Below the pieces are notes generated by a model. It made no database searches. It had not been told where the DNA came from and was given only the letters and a program-made list of their open reading frames with translations. Source: Mobula birostris (taxonomy: Eukaryota). Taken from it: 64,000 nucleotides of DNA. Where the stretch lies: positions 5,089,079 to 5,153,078 of the forward strand of contig NC_092377.1 in assembly GCF_030028105.1 (NCBI RefSeq), given 5' to 3'. The position numbers were made by a program, and so were the translations under genes. Shown here piece by piece: positions 1-12,948 of this stretch. The stretch's first letter is position 1, and the number at the start of each line of letters is the position of its first letter.

Positions 1-1705
1 AGAAGAGAAAAGATAAAATATGAGGGCAAACTAGCCAATAATATAAATAAGGACACTAAAAGCTTTTTCAGTTATATAAAGAATAAAAGGGAGGTGAGAC
101 TTGACATTGGACCACTGGAAAATGATGTTGGTGAGGTACTAATGGGGGACAAAGAAATGGGAGATGAACTTAATGGGTATGTTGCATCTGCCTTCACTGT
201 GGAAGACACTAGCATTGTGCCAGAAGTCCGTGACTGTCAAGGAGCAGGAGTAAGTGCTATTGCGATTAGAAAGGAAATAGTGCCAGGCAAACTCAAAGGT
301 CTTAAGGTGGATAAGTCACCGGGACCAGGTGGACTACATTCCAGAGTCCTGAAACAGGTTGCTGAAGAGATAACAGATGCATTGCACATGATCTTTTAAG
401 AATAACTTGATTCTGACATGGTCCGGCAGACTGGAAGATTGCAAATGCCATTCCACTCTTTTGGAAGGGAGGAAGGCAAAAGAAAGGAAATTATAGACCA
501 AAGACCAATAAGCCTAACTTCAGTGGTTCAGAAAGAGTTGTAGTCCATTATGAAGGATAAAGCTTCAGGGTATTTGGAGACTAAGAATGAAATAAGTCAA
601 AGTCCGCATGGTTTCAGTGAAGGGAAATCTGTTAGAGTCCTTCAAGGAAGTAACAAGCAGGGTGGACAAAGAAGAGGCAGTTGATGTCATTTGCTTGGAT
701 TTTCAGAAGGCATTTGATAAGGTGCCACACATGAGGCTGCTTAACAAGATAAAATCCTATGGCATTACAAGAAAGCTGTTGGCATGGATAGAAGAATGGC
801 TGACAGGCAGGAGGCAGCGAGTGGGAATAAAATGTGCCTTTTCTAGTTGGCTGCCAGTGTCTAGTGGTGTTCCTCAGGGGTCAATATTGGGACTGCTACT
901 TCTCACATTGTCTGTCAATGATTTAGATAATGGAATTGATAGCTTTGTGGAAAGTTTGCAGATGATACAAAGATAGGTGGTGCTGAGGAAGCAATGCAAT
1001 TACAGCAGGACTTGGACAAATTGGAAGAATGAGCAAGGAAGTGTCAGATGGAATAGAGTGTTGGGAAATGTATGATAATGTAATTTGGTAAAAAGAGCAA
1101 TAGTGCAGAATATTGTCTAAATGAGGGGAAGGTTCAAACATCAGAGGTGCAGAGGGACTGAGGAGTCCTCGTGCAAGACTCCTAGAAGGTGAATTTACAG
1201 GTTGAGTCTGGGGTAAAAAAAGCAAATGCAATGTTGGCATTTATTTCAAGGGGAATAGAATATAAAAACAAGGTAATAATGCTGAGCCTTTATAGGACAT
1301 TAGTCAGGCCATACTTGGAGTATTGTCAACAGTTTTTGGCCCCACATCTCAGAAAGGATGTGTTGCCATTGGAGAGAGTCCAGAGGAGGTTCACGAGGAT
1401 GATTCCGGGAATGAAAGGGTTCAGATATGAGGAGCATTTAGCAGCTTTGGGTCTGTACTCACTGGAATTTAGAAGAGCGCATGGCAATCTCATTGAAACT
1501 TACTGAATTTTGAAAGGACTAGATTGGGTGGATGTGGAGATGATGTTTCCTTTGGTGGGGGTATCCAGAACTAGAGGTCACAAACTCAAAATTGAGTAGT
1601 GACCTTTTAGAGCACAGATAAGGAGGAATATTTTTAGCCAGAGAGTAGTGAATCTATCACAGACTGCGGTGGAGTCCAAGTCCATGGGTATATTTAAGAC
1701 GGAAG
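1..1705 (+). mobile_element. CR1-clade LINE, 3' half of ORF2 (RT region) plus 3' end, degraded
   Basis: ORF fragments VDKSPGPGGLHSRVLK, LDFQKAFDKVPH, SGVPQGSILG, LYRTLVRPYLEYC are CR1 RT/C-terminal motifs; broken by stops and frameshifts. Confidence 0.9.
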
Positions 1706-1724
1706 TTCCTAGTGTATGCAATTA

Positions 1725-2150
1725 GAATTGAATTGAATTGGCTTTATTACTTACATCCTTCATATACATAAGAAGTAAAAATCTTTACATTACATCTTTC
1801 TAAATGTGCAATGTGCAATTTATAGTAATCTGTAATAAATAGTATGTACAACAGGATGGTTAATATAACATAGAAATACAATTGTATCAGCGTGAATTAA
1901 TCAGTCTGATGGCCTGGTAGAAGAAGATGTCCCGGAGACTGTTGGTCCTGGTGGTATCGTTTCCCGGATGGTAGAAGTTGGAACAGTTTGAGGTTGTGGT
2001 GACTTGCCTCCCCAATGATCCTTCAGGCCCTTTTTAAATACCTGTCTTTGTAAATGTCCTGAATAGCGGGAAGTTCACATCTACAGATGAGTTGGGCTGT
2101 CTGCACCACTCTCTGCAGAGAACTGTAATTAAGGGAGGTACAGTTCCCAA
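1725..2150 (-). mobile_element. Rex1/Babar-like LINE 3' fragment
   Basis: AATTG tail repeats at the left end; sequence resembles other Rex-type 3' ends in the window (26520-26860, 61400-61680). Confidence 0.5.
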
Positions 2151-2352
2151 TCTGTCCTTGTGATGCAGACCCCCAGGACCAGACAACATCCTGGCGGATC
2201 GTTTCTGCACTCTTTCTAGTTTAATAACATCCTTCCTATAAGAGTATGAACAAAACCATACACAGCACCATTGCTCACAACTGGTAAATTAAACTCAAAG
2301 GCAGATGAAACCAGTCTTAGACTGGGTGACCCCACGCTGGGAATTTACTTAC

Positions 2353-2401
2353 CCATTGCACAGACAGACAGAGTCAAGGTTGTGATTATCACTGCAAACA
2401 T
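2353..2401 (-). CDS. Signal-peptide (leader) exon MFAVIITTLTLSVCAM-G of an IgSF/antigen-receptor-like gene continuing beyond the left edge
   Basis: ATG at 2401, 49 nt (16 codons +1, phase 1), hydrophobic, ends in perfect GTAAGT donor (2352-2347); lies in non-repetitive sequence. Confidence 0.7.
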
Positions 2402-2534
2402 TTCTTCTCGTTTCTTTTTTAAAAACTGAATTCCTGCTCATTCAGACCTGATGTTCCCCGTTGGTATTTCACAAGTGACTGATTCCTCTTTGAATTCCCC
2501 ACATGCTTAATTCAGCTCAAAGGCACTTGGTGTG

Positions 2535-2560
2535 AAGAGGAAGTGATGGGGAAAGTGGGC
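2535..2560. promoter_or_regulatory. Candidate Ets/PU.1-type site (AAGAGGAAGTG) upstream of the leader exon
   Basis: Motif at 2535-2545 plus adjacent GGGAAAGTG, ~135 nt 5' of the leader ATG; motif match only. Confidence 0.3.
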
Positions 2561-2679
2561 AGTCCTGCAGAAACTGCTGAAAAAATAGTAACAAACTGTA
2601 GAGTAGCTGAATGTTTTCATCCACATTTACATGTCTGTCACTGAAACTCACTCCTTATGTCCATACACCATTATCAGAT

Positions 2680-3177
2680 CAGTCACTCTTGCAATGAAAA
2701 GGAAAGGGGTTAACTGCTGGGCAGTTGTCCATGTGTCCACCCTTGCTTGGGTGATAACTCCACCACAGAAAACCGGTCCCCTTTGCTAAAGTCACAGTCG
2801 GTGACTTGTGAAGGATTTCGAAGGACAATGAGAAGATCGACGGCATCAGCTCACCTGAAGATTCAACTCTCTCTCTCTCTCTCTCTCCATCACTACTCAA
2901 CTCAAAACCACGAACTGAACTGAACTTTACTCATCATCGTAAGACTGTATCTTTTTACCCCTAGACTTAAAGAAGCTTGGTTTTTCATATATATTTCCAC
3001 ACTTACTGATATACTTGCTTATATATATATAATCATTGCTAACCTGGTTGAATTATCTACATTTATATTACTACATTGCATAGTTACTAATAAATATTAT
3101 TAGTTTATAGCAATGCTGGACTCCAAAGTGTTTTCCATCTCTGCTGGTTCTTTATTCCCGTCATGGGGTACGTGACA
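2680..3177 (+). mobile_element. 5'-truncated LTR (same family as 57071-57939)
   Basis: Colinear with ~57440-57939; ends ...GGGGTACGTGACA. Confidence 0.85.
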
Positions 3178-3269
3178 CCATACACCATACTATTATCAGA
3201 TTCAAATGTGAGAACCAAGCCAAGTACACTGCTTCCCCACCAGACTGTAGGGATCTTTGTGGTAAGGCT

Positions 3270-3947
3270 GTGAAACACTGTGGTTCCGTTGGCTGCGTAT
3301 GCCTAGGGAATGACAATCTCCAGCCCTGCCAAACGTGGCAAATTGAAGTCCGAGCCCCAAAATCCCCTTGTTTGTGTAGCCCACTCGGCTTGCCCCTCAT
3401 GTTCGTCTAGGGGAATCAGTGTTCGGCCCCACCGAATCGTGCTTTCAAGTTTGGCCGGATGCTGTGTAATGTACCCCAGTACAAACCCACAACACAAAAT
3501 ATCAGACAGTACACCATATGTGATTAAATCTTACTATGCTGTGTGGTTAGTAGAGAAACAAAATATAAAAGAAAAAGGCGCCACTTTTATTAAATAGCTA
3601 GTGCACAAAATCATTGGAGCTCACGCCTCAGGTATTCCTCCATAAACGACCTCTGCCGAAAAGTCGCCGACTCCCAGACCCTCGGATTCCTGTATAAGCC
3701 GTCCAGTGATCACCCAGCACTCTCTGCACACCCCCTTCCTCTTCACTCTCCTCGACCAAAAGCCCACGAAAACCCCAGCTCCCAGACATACAAGAAATAA
3801 TAACATTTCTCCCATTGGTTAGCTACCCATTATCTGTAGTTATAACCCAAACATCACTGCTGCAGAGAAACCATAACATCAGCAGTTAACATTACAGAGA
3901 AACCATTACATTAGCCTTAGCAGTTAACATTACTGAGAAACCCTACA
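3270..3947 (-). mobile_element. 3' LTR of Gypsy element
   Basis: Minus strand begins TGTAGGG at 3947 immediately after a purine tract (AGTGGGGCGAGAA); related LTR pieces at 26870-27245 and 29339-29857. Confidence 0.75.
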
Positions 3948-6900
3948 TTCTCGCCCCACTGAATTTAGTAATGCCCTCATGACGTTGATGTTGAGATAAT
4001 TCGCCAACCCCCCTGCAAAACACAAAGCCCAATCCAAGCACAGAAAGCAGTGACATAGCTCCCCAGAAGAGTAGATATCATGCCTTGTCCCCAGGCACTA
4101 CATAGGCCAACTTATCCAGGGGATTCCTAATTCTCTGAGACTTCTGTACCTCCTCACCTAACTCTTCCCGCTCAGATGTTACTGGGGATACTTCGGGTCT
4201 GCCTGGCAAAACCTCACACGATCTATCACTCAAAACCCCCCGCAACTCGGAGCCCCCTGTCTCGTGTTCAGTCCCCACCTGCTCTCTTTCAGGGTCCTGC
4301 AGTACCCCAGGCTGCCCAATAGCCCCCCTCACCTCACCTGACTCAGTGGGAGAAGGGCCAGGAGTCTCGTCCTCAATCAATGGGGAGTTAGCGAAAGGCA
4401 GCATGTACCACACATCCAAATCATCATCCTCCGAATCAGTATCCCTCTCATGGGCGGGGCCCGACCCAGCCTCTCCCCTTGCAGGTCCTGCAGTCGCCCT
4501 GCGTTTTCGCAAAGTACTGTTACTAGATGTAGGCTGCAAGTCGGGCTCTGAGTCTACCTGCACCTCTTGTCCCAATGTGGTTCCAATGGAGAATCTTGGC
4601 AGGCCCATTCCTCTACTCTGGTCTCACCCGGAAAACTGGTAGGTTTGGCATCTGATGCAACACCACATAGGGTGTGGGCGCCCAGCGATCAGCCAACTTG
4701 TGCTTTCCAGGTAGTCCCAAATTCCCTATGAGGACTCGGTCTCCCGGCAGGAGCTGGGAGAACTTCACTTTCTGATCATACCTTCACTTATTTCCTCGAT
4801 TCTGCTTGGCGGCCACAACCCCAGCCAATTCATAAGCCCTTTTCAGCTCTCTCCTCATATCAGACACATACTGCAGATAATGTTTCAGCTGTACGTCATC
4901 TGTGTCAGTCCCAAAACAGAGGTCAATGGGCAACCTTGCCTCGCGCCCAAACATCAGATAGTATGCCAAGTACCCAGTAGCTTCATTTCGTATACAGTCG
5001 TAACAGTGAACCAGATGCCCAATATGTTGACTCCACCTGCTCTTTTTGCTGATCTCCAGGGTCCTGAGCATGTCTAGCAAGTTTCGATTAAGCCTCTCAG
5101 GCTGGGGATCGTCCTGCAGGTGATAGGGCATGGTCCTCAATTTCTCAACTCCAAGCACACCCAGTAACTCATAGATGAGTCTATTCTCGAAGTCCTGTCC
5201 CTGGTCACTATGTATCCTCTTGGGAAGGCCATAATGAACAAAGTACTTCTCTCATAACACTTTTGCCACCGTAGTCGCCCTCTGGTCCTTGGTAGGAAAA
5301 GCCTGAGCATATCTAGTGTAGTAGTCCGTGATGACTAAGACATTCGCTGTGTTGTTGGCATTGGGTTCTGGGGATAGGAAATCCATACACACCAGGTCCA
5401 GGAGCCCTGCACTCTGCAAGTGTGACAGAGGAGCTGCCTGCGTAGACAGTGTCTTCCGGCGTGTGCAGCGAATGCTCGACTTGCAGTATTCTTCAACCTC
5501 CGACTTCATTCGGGGCCAGTAAAACCAGTCTCTGAGCAATCTATAGGTCTTTTCCACCCCCAAATGTCCAGAATCATCATGAAGTGACTTCAATGCAATC
5601 TTCCGATACTTCTCAGGCAGGACCAGCTGGGAGTGCTGAGGTTGGTCCAGGGGGACGTGACCCGTTATAGGATCTGGTTCCACAACTCCAACTGAGGCCA
5701 TTCTCTCAGTAATGGAGGCACCAAAGTGTTTTTCGTCTTCTCCATGTATCCCTTCTCAACCGCGTACCACATAGTGCCAATGCCCGAGTCATCTCGCTGG
5801 GCAGCTGCCACTTCCCCAGAACTCAATTCTGGCAACTTCTTGGTCTTCAGAGCAGATAGGTTAGAGTAAACTGGGAGTAGGGTGTCATCAGAAGCCCCCA
5901 ATTGAGCCACTGCTCTATTTGACCTCTCCTTTTTCCTTTTCCTCGGCCTTCACGGTGATGGTAAAGTGACACATGGCCTTCATCCCTGGGGCAGGAACGC
6001 TCTCCCACTCCTCATCCCTGACCAGTCTCTCATGCATCCGTCAGGAAAAAGCATCCACATCAATGTTCCGGCTCCCCGGCCGGAACTTCAGGCTGAAATC
6101 ATAGGCAGACAACGCTGCCAACCACCGATGGCCTGTGGCATCCAGTTTCACCAAGGTCAGGATATAAGTGCGAGGGTTGTTGCCCGTCTTCACCTCAAAC
6201 TTGGCCCCGTAGAGATAGTCACTCAGCTTATCCACCACCACCCATTTCAACGCCAGGAATTCCAGCTTGTGGGTGGGATAGTTTCTCTCGCAGGGCGACA
6301 AACTCTGGCTGACAAATGCCACAGGCCTCAACCAGGTGCCCTGATCCTGATACATGACGCCCCCTAACTCCTCTCGGCTGGCGTCTGTGTGCAGTACATA
6401 TGGCAATCGGGGGTCCACAAAAGCCAGCACCGGTGCCTGGGTCAGCAACTCTTTCAGCGGCTGAAAAACCTCCTCACATTTTGCATGCCACCTCTGTCCA
6501 ATGGGCTCCGACGGGCGTAGATATTCTCCAACTTCCCTGTCCTTTTTTCCTTTCCCTTTCTTCCCCAAGGGAGGGTAACCACACGGAAGCTGGTTCAAGG
6601 GGTGACTCACTTTGGCATAGCCCTTCACGAATCTCCGATAATAACCATAGAACCCCAGGAACGAGTGCAGAGCACTCACAGTCTGGGGCCTTGGCCAAGT
6701 GGTCACCGCTTCTACCTTAGCCGGGTCTGTAGCTACTCCATACCACGAGATTATATGCCTGACATAGGTTGTCAAGCTGAGGAGTGTTAGTGGGGACAAG
6801 CTCCCACTACCTAAAAGTGCTCCTCATGGCATGCACCTCAAATAGCCTCTGAAAACCAAGTCCAACTCCTGGCCTTCTCGTGTGGCTTAGCCTCTAAACC

Positions 6901-9235
6901 TGGCATAACTGTTTCTACTGACAGGAGAAGGGGCGAAGGCAGGTCCTGGAGCCTTAAAACCAGTGGTACGGGTAGATGGAGCTCATCAGCCTGGGAAGGC
7001 AGTCCATCTAAGAGAGGGAAAACTCTGATTTCAAACCTCCACTGCCTTGAGGCCATACTCACTTATGGGAAAGGCTTCGGGCGTAAACTCTGAGGACAAA
7101 TCTGTAGTTATAGTCCCCAAAGCAGTCCAATGCTGTCTTCAACCTCACCCTTGGCAACTCCTCCAACGACACTGGTGCCAAGCTGTATTGGTCCCTGCCC
7201 TTCCCTTGGACAACATTGGTGGCATGGAGAGGGGAGAGGGGAGACTCGCTGCTTGGGCAACTGCCGGTCTTCCATACAACCTTGCCCAGACCTGCGCCCT
7301 GGAAACCTTCCAGGCGCAGATCCATGGTCTCACAAGACTAACGGATGCCATCCATCCATAGCTAACAGACGTCTTGCAGAACTGGCACTTGTCCAGGGAA
7401 AGTTTTGACCCTTCATCCTTCAGGCCACCTGACACCTTCAGTAGCCTTGTTTCATGTACTTCCAAGGTGGATCCAAGTACTATCAAGTCATCCAAATATA
7501 CCAACACTTCGAGCAAGTTCATATCCCCCACCATCTTCTCCATTACCCTCTGGAAGGTGGCAGGGGCTCCCGATATGCCCTGGGGCATCCATTCGAACTA
7601 GAAGAATCTCAGGACATATAAATGCCGTCTTCTCTTTATCGGCCTCACTCATCGGGATCTGGTAATATCCACTCCTCAAGTCCAGCACACTAAACCACTT
7701 TGTAGCGCTTAGACAGGCCAGCGCGTCTTCGACCCTCGGGACCGTATACTGGTCAGGGATGGTGTGCCTGCTCAGAGTGCTATAATCCACACACATGTGT
7801 ACCTTCCCGTTTTCCTTCCGGGCCACTAGTACTGGGGACACATATGGGTTTTTTCGGGACTCAGTGATAATCCCAGCGTCCTTCAACTTACACAAATGCT
7901 GCCGTACGTCTTCCATGTCTGCAGGGACCAGTCGCTGTGACCTCTCTCTAAACGGGGTATCCTCGGTCAGCCGGATGGTGTGACAAATGCTCTTGAAACA
8001 ACCCACATCAAACTCGCCCAGGGAAAAGACACCTTCCAGCTTCAACATCTTCTCTACCAGCCTCTGTTCCAACCCGGCAGCACAGAAGAATCCCCAGAGT
8101 TAAATGCTCAGCGGTCAACTTTTCCCTTTTCTCCAACAGTTTCTTTCCAGCGGGCTTCACAGGAGCGCTAGACATTACTGTCACCGGGAACAAATGCGTC
8201 AGGGGCATCCCTCTCTTAAAGGTGATCTCTCTCTTCATAGTGTTCCTGACGATCACAGCCATCCTGCTCGCCTGTCCCACCGAGGGTCTCTGCAATTCGG
8301 GCCTCACCAGCACCCTAGCCAGAAATCACTACTCCCCTTCGAAGTCTTCCAGAGCGTCTACTAAGATGGCCTTGCCCTCAGGCACTCCGGGAAATTTGGG
8401 GGTCCCCATCACTCTTGCTACTTCCCTGGGCCGTATCACCTTAGACTTCGACTGGGTGCACCACACAGTCATTCGTTTAAATTTAGTATCCAGCCCATTG
8501 CGGCCACGCACTCCCTCAAATGTAGATCGAAACACTGGGTGCACAGACAGGGTCCCTAAAAAACTCTCACCCGCCTTCTACTTTCAGGCTCGCATGAGCC
8601 TCCGTACAAGAGGGGTGCTGGTCCCCACCAGAATTGAAATAACCCCGATCTCAACCGGATCTGGACAAACCAGCACTAACGTCTCAAGAACTTCAGACAC
8701 TCCCACATTGGCCTCCAAGAACTCCAGTTTCACTGACAAGTAACCATCGTACGGATAATCACCAACACTGATACCCCAAATCTCCAGTGCACTGAATGGG
8801 GGTCAAGGGAAAATGCTTCAGATACTGATTGTAGGACGAACAGTTGAGTAATGTGACCTGCGACCCGGTGTCGAGTATGGTTTTAGCGTACATTCCCTCT
8901 ATCCGTAGTGACACGCTGGAGTGGGTTCCCACTAATCCGTCTGGAATAGGGTCTTTCGCTTTCGGGGGTTCCTTGGTACATTGCTGGGGCTGTGTTCCCT
9001 CAGAGACACCAGGCCATTCCCTCACTGGGTCTCCTCTAAGTTCCCCGACACCTCCCCCTGCTTGCATCCCCAGGGGCTCGCTCTCCGAGGGGCTTCCTGC
9101 CGCTCATATTCCCGCCGGAAGTGTCCCTCTTCCCCACAGTTATAGCACACGCTACCAACCGCCCCTCTTCTCGTGGAACCCCAGCCACCCGCAGTCCTCT
9201 GTGCAGTCTGTTCCCTGGAGGTGGGGGGCCTACAC
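3948..9235 (-). mobile_element. Ty3/Gypsy retrotransposon internal region, degraded pol (PR-RT-RNaseH-IN) with gag zinc knuckle
   Basis: Knuckle CYNCGEEGHFRREY ~9100-9150; protease ILDTGSQVT (8759-9067); RT YLDD (7145-7588); RNaseH HTDASREELGGV (6041-6799); integrase HDDSGHLG..CIRC and DQGQDFE (4784-5701); Gypsy domain order; frameshifted. Confidence 0.93.
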
Positions 9236-10985
9236 TTGTGTGGACGCTGTGTGATTCATAACCCCGTTACAGATAAGTACCATGAAATAACAGACAGTAC
9301 ACCTCATAAAACATAAAGATTTAGCTTTATAATTCTCCATTTGCCTAAAGGGTTAATAAAGAAAAAGCCAAAAAAGAAAAGGGCCCATTTTAATGAAACA
9401 GTCTAATATGGAGCTTACCGTTTCCCCTTTGCCGATTCTCCTTCGATCTCCCCGAGCTTTGTCGAGTCACGGCCCCACTCCGGGTCGACTCCTACGACCT
9501 CTTCCCTCCGTTGCCTTCTCTCTTCTCCCCCAATGAAGCCCCAAGCCCAACCTTAGTGTCCCTCCCCAGAGCAACCTCCCCTAAATCTGGCCATCCTCAT
9601 TGGATGGGATACAATTCTCCTATCTCTTATCTTCAACAGTAACCAAGACCTCCTTACCCCGTCATCTACTTTAGGTTCTGACCCTCCGTGGGATACTGCT
9701 GGTCTATCTGGCGAGGTCTCTCCCAGTCTATCACACGTGCCCTCCTGCAACTTGGTTCCCTCTGTCCCTTGGCTGAGCCCTGCTTCATCCCCTTCATGGT
9801 CCTGCTGAAACCTAGCCTGTCCACAGATAGTCCCTCCGATTTCATCAGACTCAGTGTGAGAAGGGTTGGGAGCCTCTTCCTCAATCTGTCAGGAGTTAGC
9901 ACAATGCAGTATATACCACACCCCCATTTCCTCATCCTTCAAGTCCGTATCCCATTCAGGGGTGGGGGGCAGTCTAGTATCTCCTGCTGTTGGTCCTTCA
10001 GTCGTTCTGTATCGCCATAAGTCTTCTTACTAGGTGTAGGGTCCAGGTCGGGCTCTGGGTCAACCCACACCTCTTGTCCCAGAGGCAGAAGTTGGTTCCA
10101 ATGGAGAATATTGACAGAACCTTTCATATCCTCTGGTTTCACCTGGAAAGCTGGTACATTTGACATCTGACTGTCCACTACATAGAGCGTAGCCGCCCAG
10201 CAGTCAGCCAACTTATGCTTCTCAGGTAACCCAAAATTCCTTATGAGGACTCAGTCTCCCGGCATGTTGGGAGAACCTAACCTTTTCCTCATACCTCCTC
10301 TTATTTCCTTGATTCTACTTGGCAGCTGCAACCACAGCTCATTTATAAGCCTTTTTCAGCTCCCTTCTCATATCAGACCTTAGATAAGTCTTCGGTGTAG
10401 GTCTTCCTCACCACCCCCAAAACAAAGGTTGCTGGGTAACCACACCTCGCGACCAAATATCAGGTAATATGGTGAGGTTCATTTTGGGTACAGTTGTAGC
10501 AGTGGACCAGTTGTCCAATATGTCAACTCCACTTGTTCTTCTTGCTAGTTTCCAAGGTTCCTAGTATGTCTAGCAAGTTCTGATTAAACCTTTCAGGCTG
10601 GGATAAGGAGTAGTCCCAGACTTCTCGACTCCAAGCATGCTCAATAGCTCATGTATGAGCCTACTCTCAAAATCCTGTCCCTGATCACTGTGGATCTTCC
10701 TGCACAGGCCATAATAAATGAAATGCTTCTTCCATAACACTTTGGCCACCGTGGACACCCTCTGATCCTTGGTAAAGTTTGCACATATCTGGTGTAGTAA
10801 TCCATAATGACCAAGACATTCACCATGTTGCTGGCATCTGGCTCGATTGACAGGAAATTGATACACACCAGGTCAAGGTGCCCTGCTATCTGCAAATGGG
10901 ACAATGGAGTGGCCCTCCTAGGCAACATCTTCCTCTGTATGCATAATGCATGACCTGCAGTTCTTTTCGATCTCCAGCTTCATTC
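9236..10985 (-). mobile_element. Second Gypsy element: partial LTR plus integrase/C-terminal region
   Basis: ORFs 10570-10928 (HSDQGQDFESRL, LVCINFLSIEPDAS) and 9939-10211 parallel the first element; LTR-like 9236-~9650. Confidence 0.8.
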
Positions 10986-12681
10986 CAAAAGACCATAAGA
11001 CACAGAAGCAGAATTAGGCCATCTGGCCCATCGAGTATGCGCCACCATTCAATCATGGCTGATCCTTTTTTTCAAAATCTCCTCCTCAAACCTAGTTCCC
11101 GCCCTGCTTCCCATAATCTTTGATGTCATGTCCTATCAAGAACCTATCAATCTTTGCTGTAAATACACACAACGACCTGGTCTTCACAGATGCATGTGGC
11201 AACAAATTCCACAAATTCACTACACTTTGGCTAAAGAAATTTCTCTGCATTATCTGTTTTGAAAGGGTGCCCCTCGACCCTGAGGCTGTGCCCTCTCATC
11301 CTAGACTCTCCCACCATGGGAAAAATTCATTCCACATCTACTCCAGATCTTTCAACATCGAAAGGTTTCAATGAGATCCCCCTCATCCTTCTGAGTTCCA
11401 GTGAGTACAGACCCAGAGATATCAATCATTCCCTATGATAAACCTTTCATTCCTGGAATCATCCTTGTGAACTTCCTCTGGACTCTCTCTAATGCCAACA
11501 CATCTTTTCTAAGATGAGGGGACCAAAACTGTTCACAATACTCAGGGCGAGGTCTCACCAGTGCCTTATAAAGCCTCAGCATCACACCCCTGCTCTTGTA
11601 TTCTAGACCTCTGGAAACGAATGCTAACATGGCATTTGCCTTCCTCGCCACCAACTCAACCTGCAAGTTAACCTTCAGGGTGATCTGCACAAGGACTCCC
11701 AAGTCCCTCTGCATCTTAGATTCCTGGGTTTTCTCCACATTTAAAAAATAGTTGGCACAATTATTTCCACTACCAAAGTTCATGACCATGCATTTTCCAA
11801 CATTGTGATTCATTTGCAACTTCTTGTCCATTCTCATAATCTGTCTAAGTCCTTCTGCATCCTACCTGTTTTCTCAACACTGCCTGCCCTTCTACCAATC
11901 TTTGTATCATCTGCAAACTTGGCAACAAAGCCATCTATTCCATCATCTAAATCATTTATATACAGCATAAAAAGAAGTTGTCCCAACACTAGCCCCGCAG
12001 AAAACCACTAGTCACTGGCAGCCAACCAGAAAAGGATTCTTTTATTCCCACTCGCTGCCTCCTACCAATCAGTCAATACTCTATCCATGTTAGTAACTTT
12101 CCTGTAATACTATGGGCTCTTAACTTGGTAAGCAGCCTCGTATGTGGCACATCGCCAAAGCCCTTCTGTAAGTCCAAATATACAACACCCATTGCATGCC
12201 CTTTATCTATCCTACTTGTAATCTCCTCAAAGAATTCCAACAGGTTCATCAGGCAGGATCTTCCCTGAAGTAAACCATACTGACTTTGTACTATCTTGTC
12301 CTGTGTCACCAAGTACTCCTTCACCTCTTCCTTGACTCTAACATCTTCCCAACCACTGAGGTCAGGCTAACTGGTCTATAATTTCCCTTCTGCTGCCGTC
12401 CTCCTTTCTTAAAGAGTGGAGTAGCATTTGCAATTTTCCAGTCCTTTAGCACCATGCCAGAGTCCAATGATTTTTGAAAGATCATTTCTAATGCCATCAC
12501 AATTTCTCAAGCTACCTCTTCCAGAACCCTAGGGTGCAGTTGCTCTGGGCTGGGTGACTTATGTACCTTTAAGTCTTTCAGCTTTTTGAGCGTCTTCTCC
12601 CTTGTAACAGTAACTGCACCCACTTCTCTTCCTTCACACACTACAACATCAGGCATACTGCTAATGTCTTCCCCAGTGAAG

Positions 12682-12948
12682 GAAAAGGAAAGGTACGTCA
12701 CATCCGGAGTTTCTCCGGATAGCGATTTCGGTCCACGCCTCTCTGACGTAGTGGGGATTCGCGTACGAGGCAAGTTACAGCAGTGGTTTGCCATTGCCTT
12801 CTGCCGGGTGAGTTTCCAAAGAGATCACCAGCTCGTAACCCAGCACGGGTGGAAAGCGTGCAGGGGAGGGGAGCTGGCAGGCTGGATTCGAACCCGGGAC
12901 CTTTCGTCCCGAAGTCCGACGCTAATATCACTACGCCACCAGCCGGGT
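12682..12948 (-). mobile_element. tRNA-derived SINE with RTE-type body, young, inserted in CR1
   Basis: A box TGGCGTAGTGA (12938-12928), B box GGTTCGAATCC (12894-12884), GAAGGCAATGGCAAACCAC motif, CCTTT tail; ~11-bp TSD CC(C/A)CAGTGAAG; CpG-rich. Confidence 0.85.

Noticed and set aside
4078-4608. env-like third ORF in Gypsy element
   Set aside because: Acidic/low-complexity sequence continuous with the integrase C-terminal extension; no signal peptide or TM seen
12880-12948. tRNA gene
   Set aside because: A/B boxes are the head of a TSD-flanked SINE; no complete cloverleaf evident
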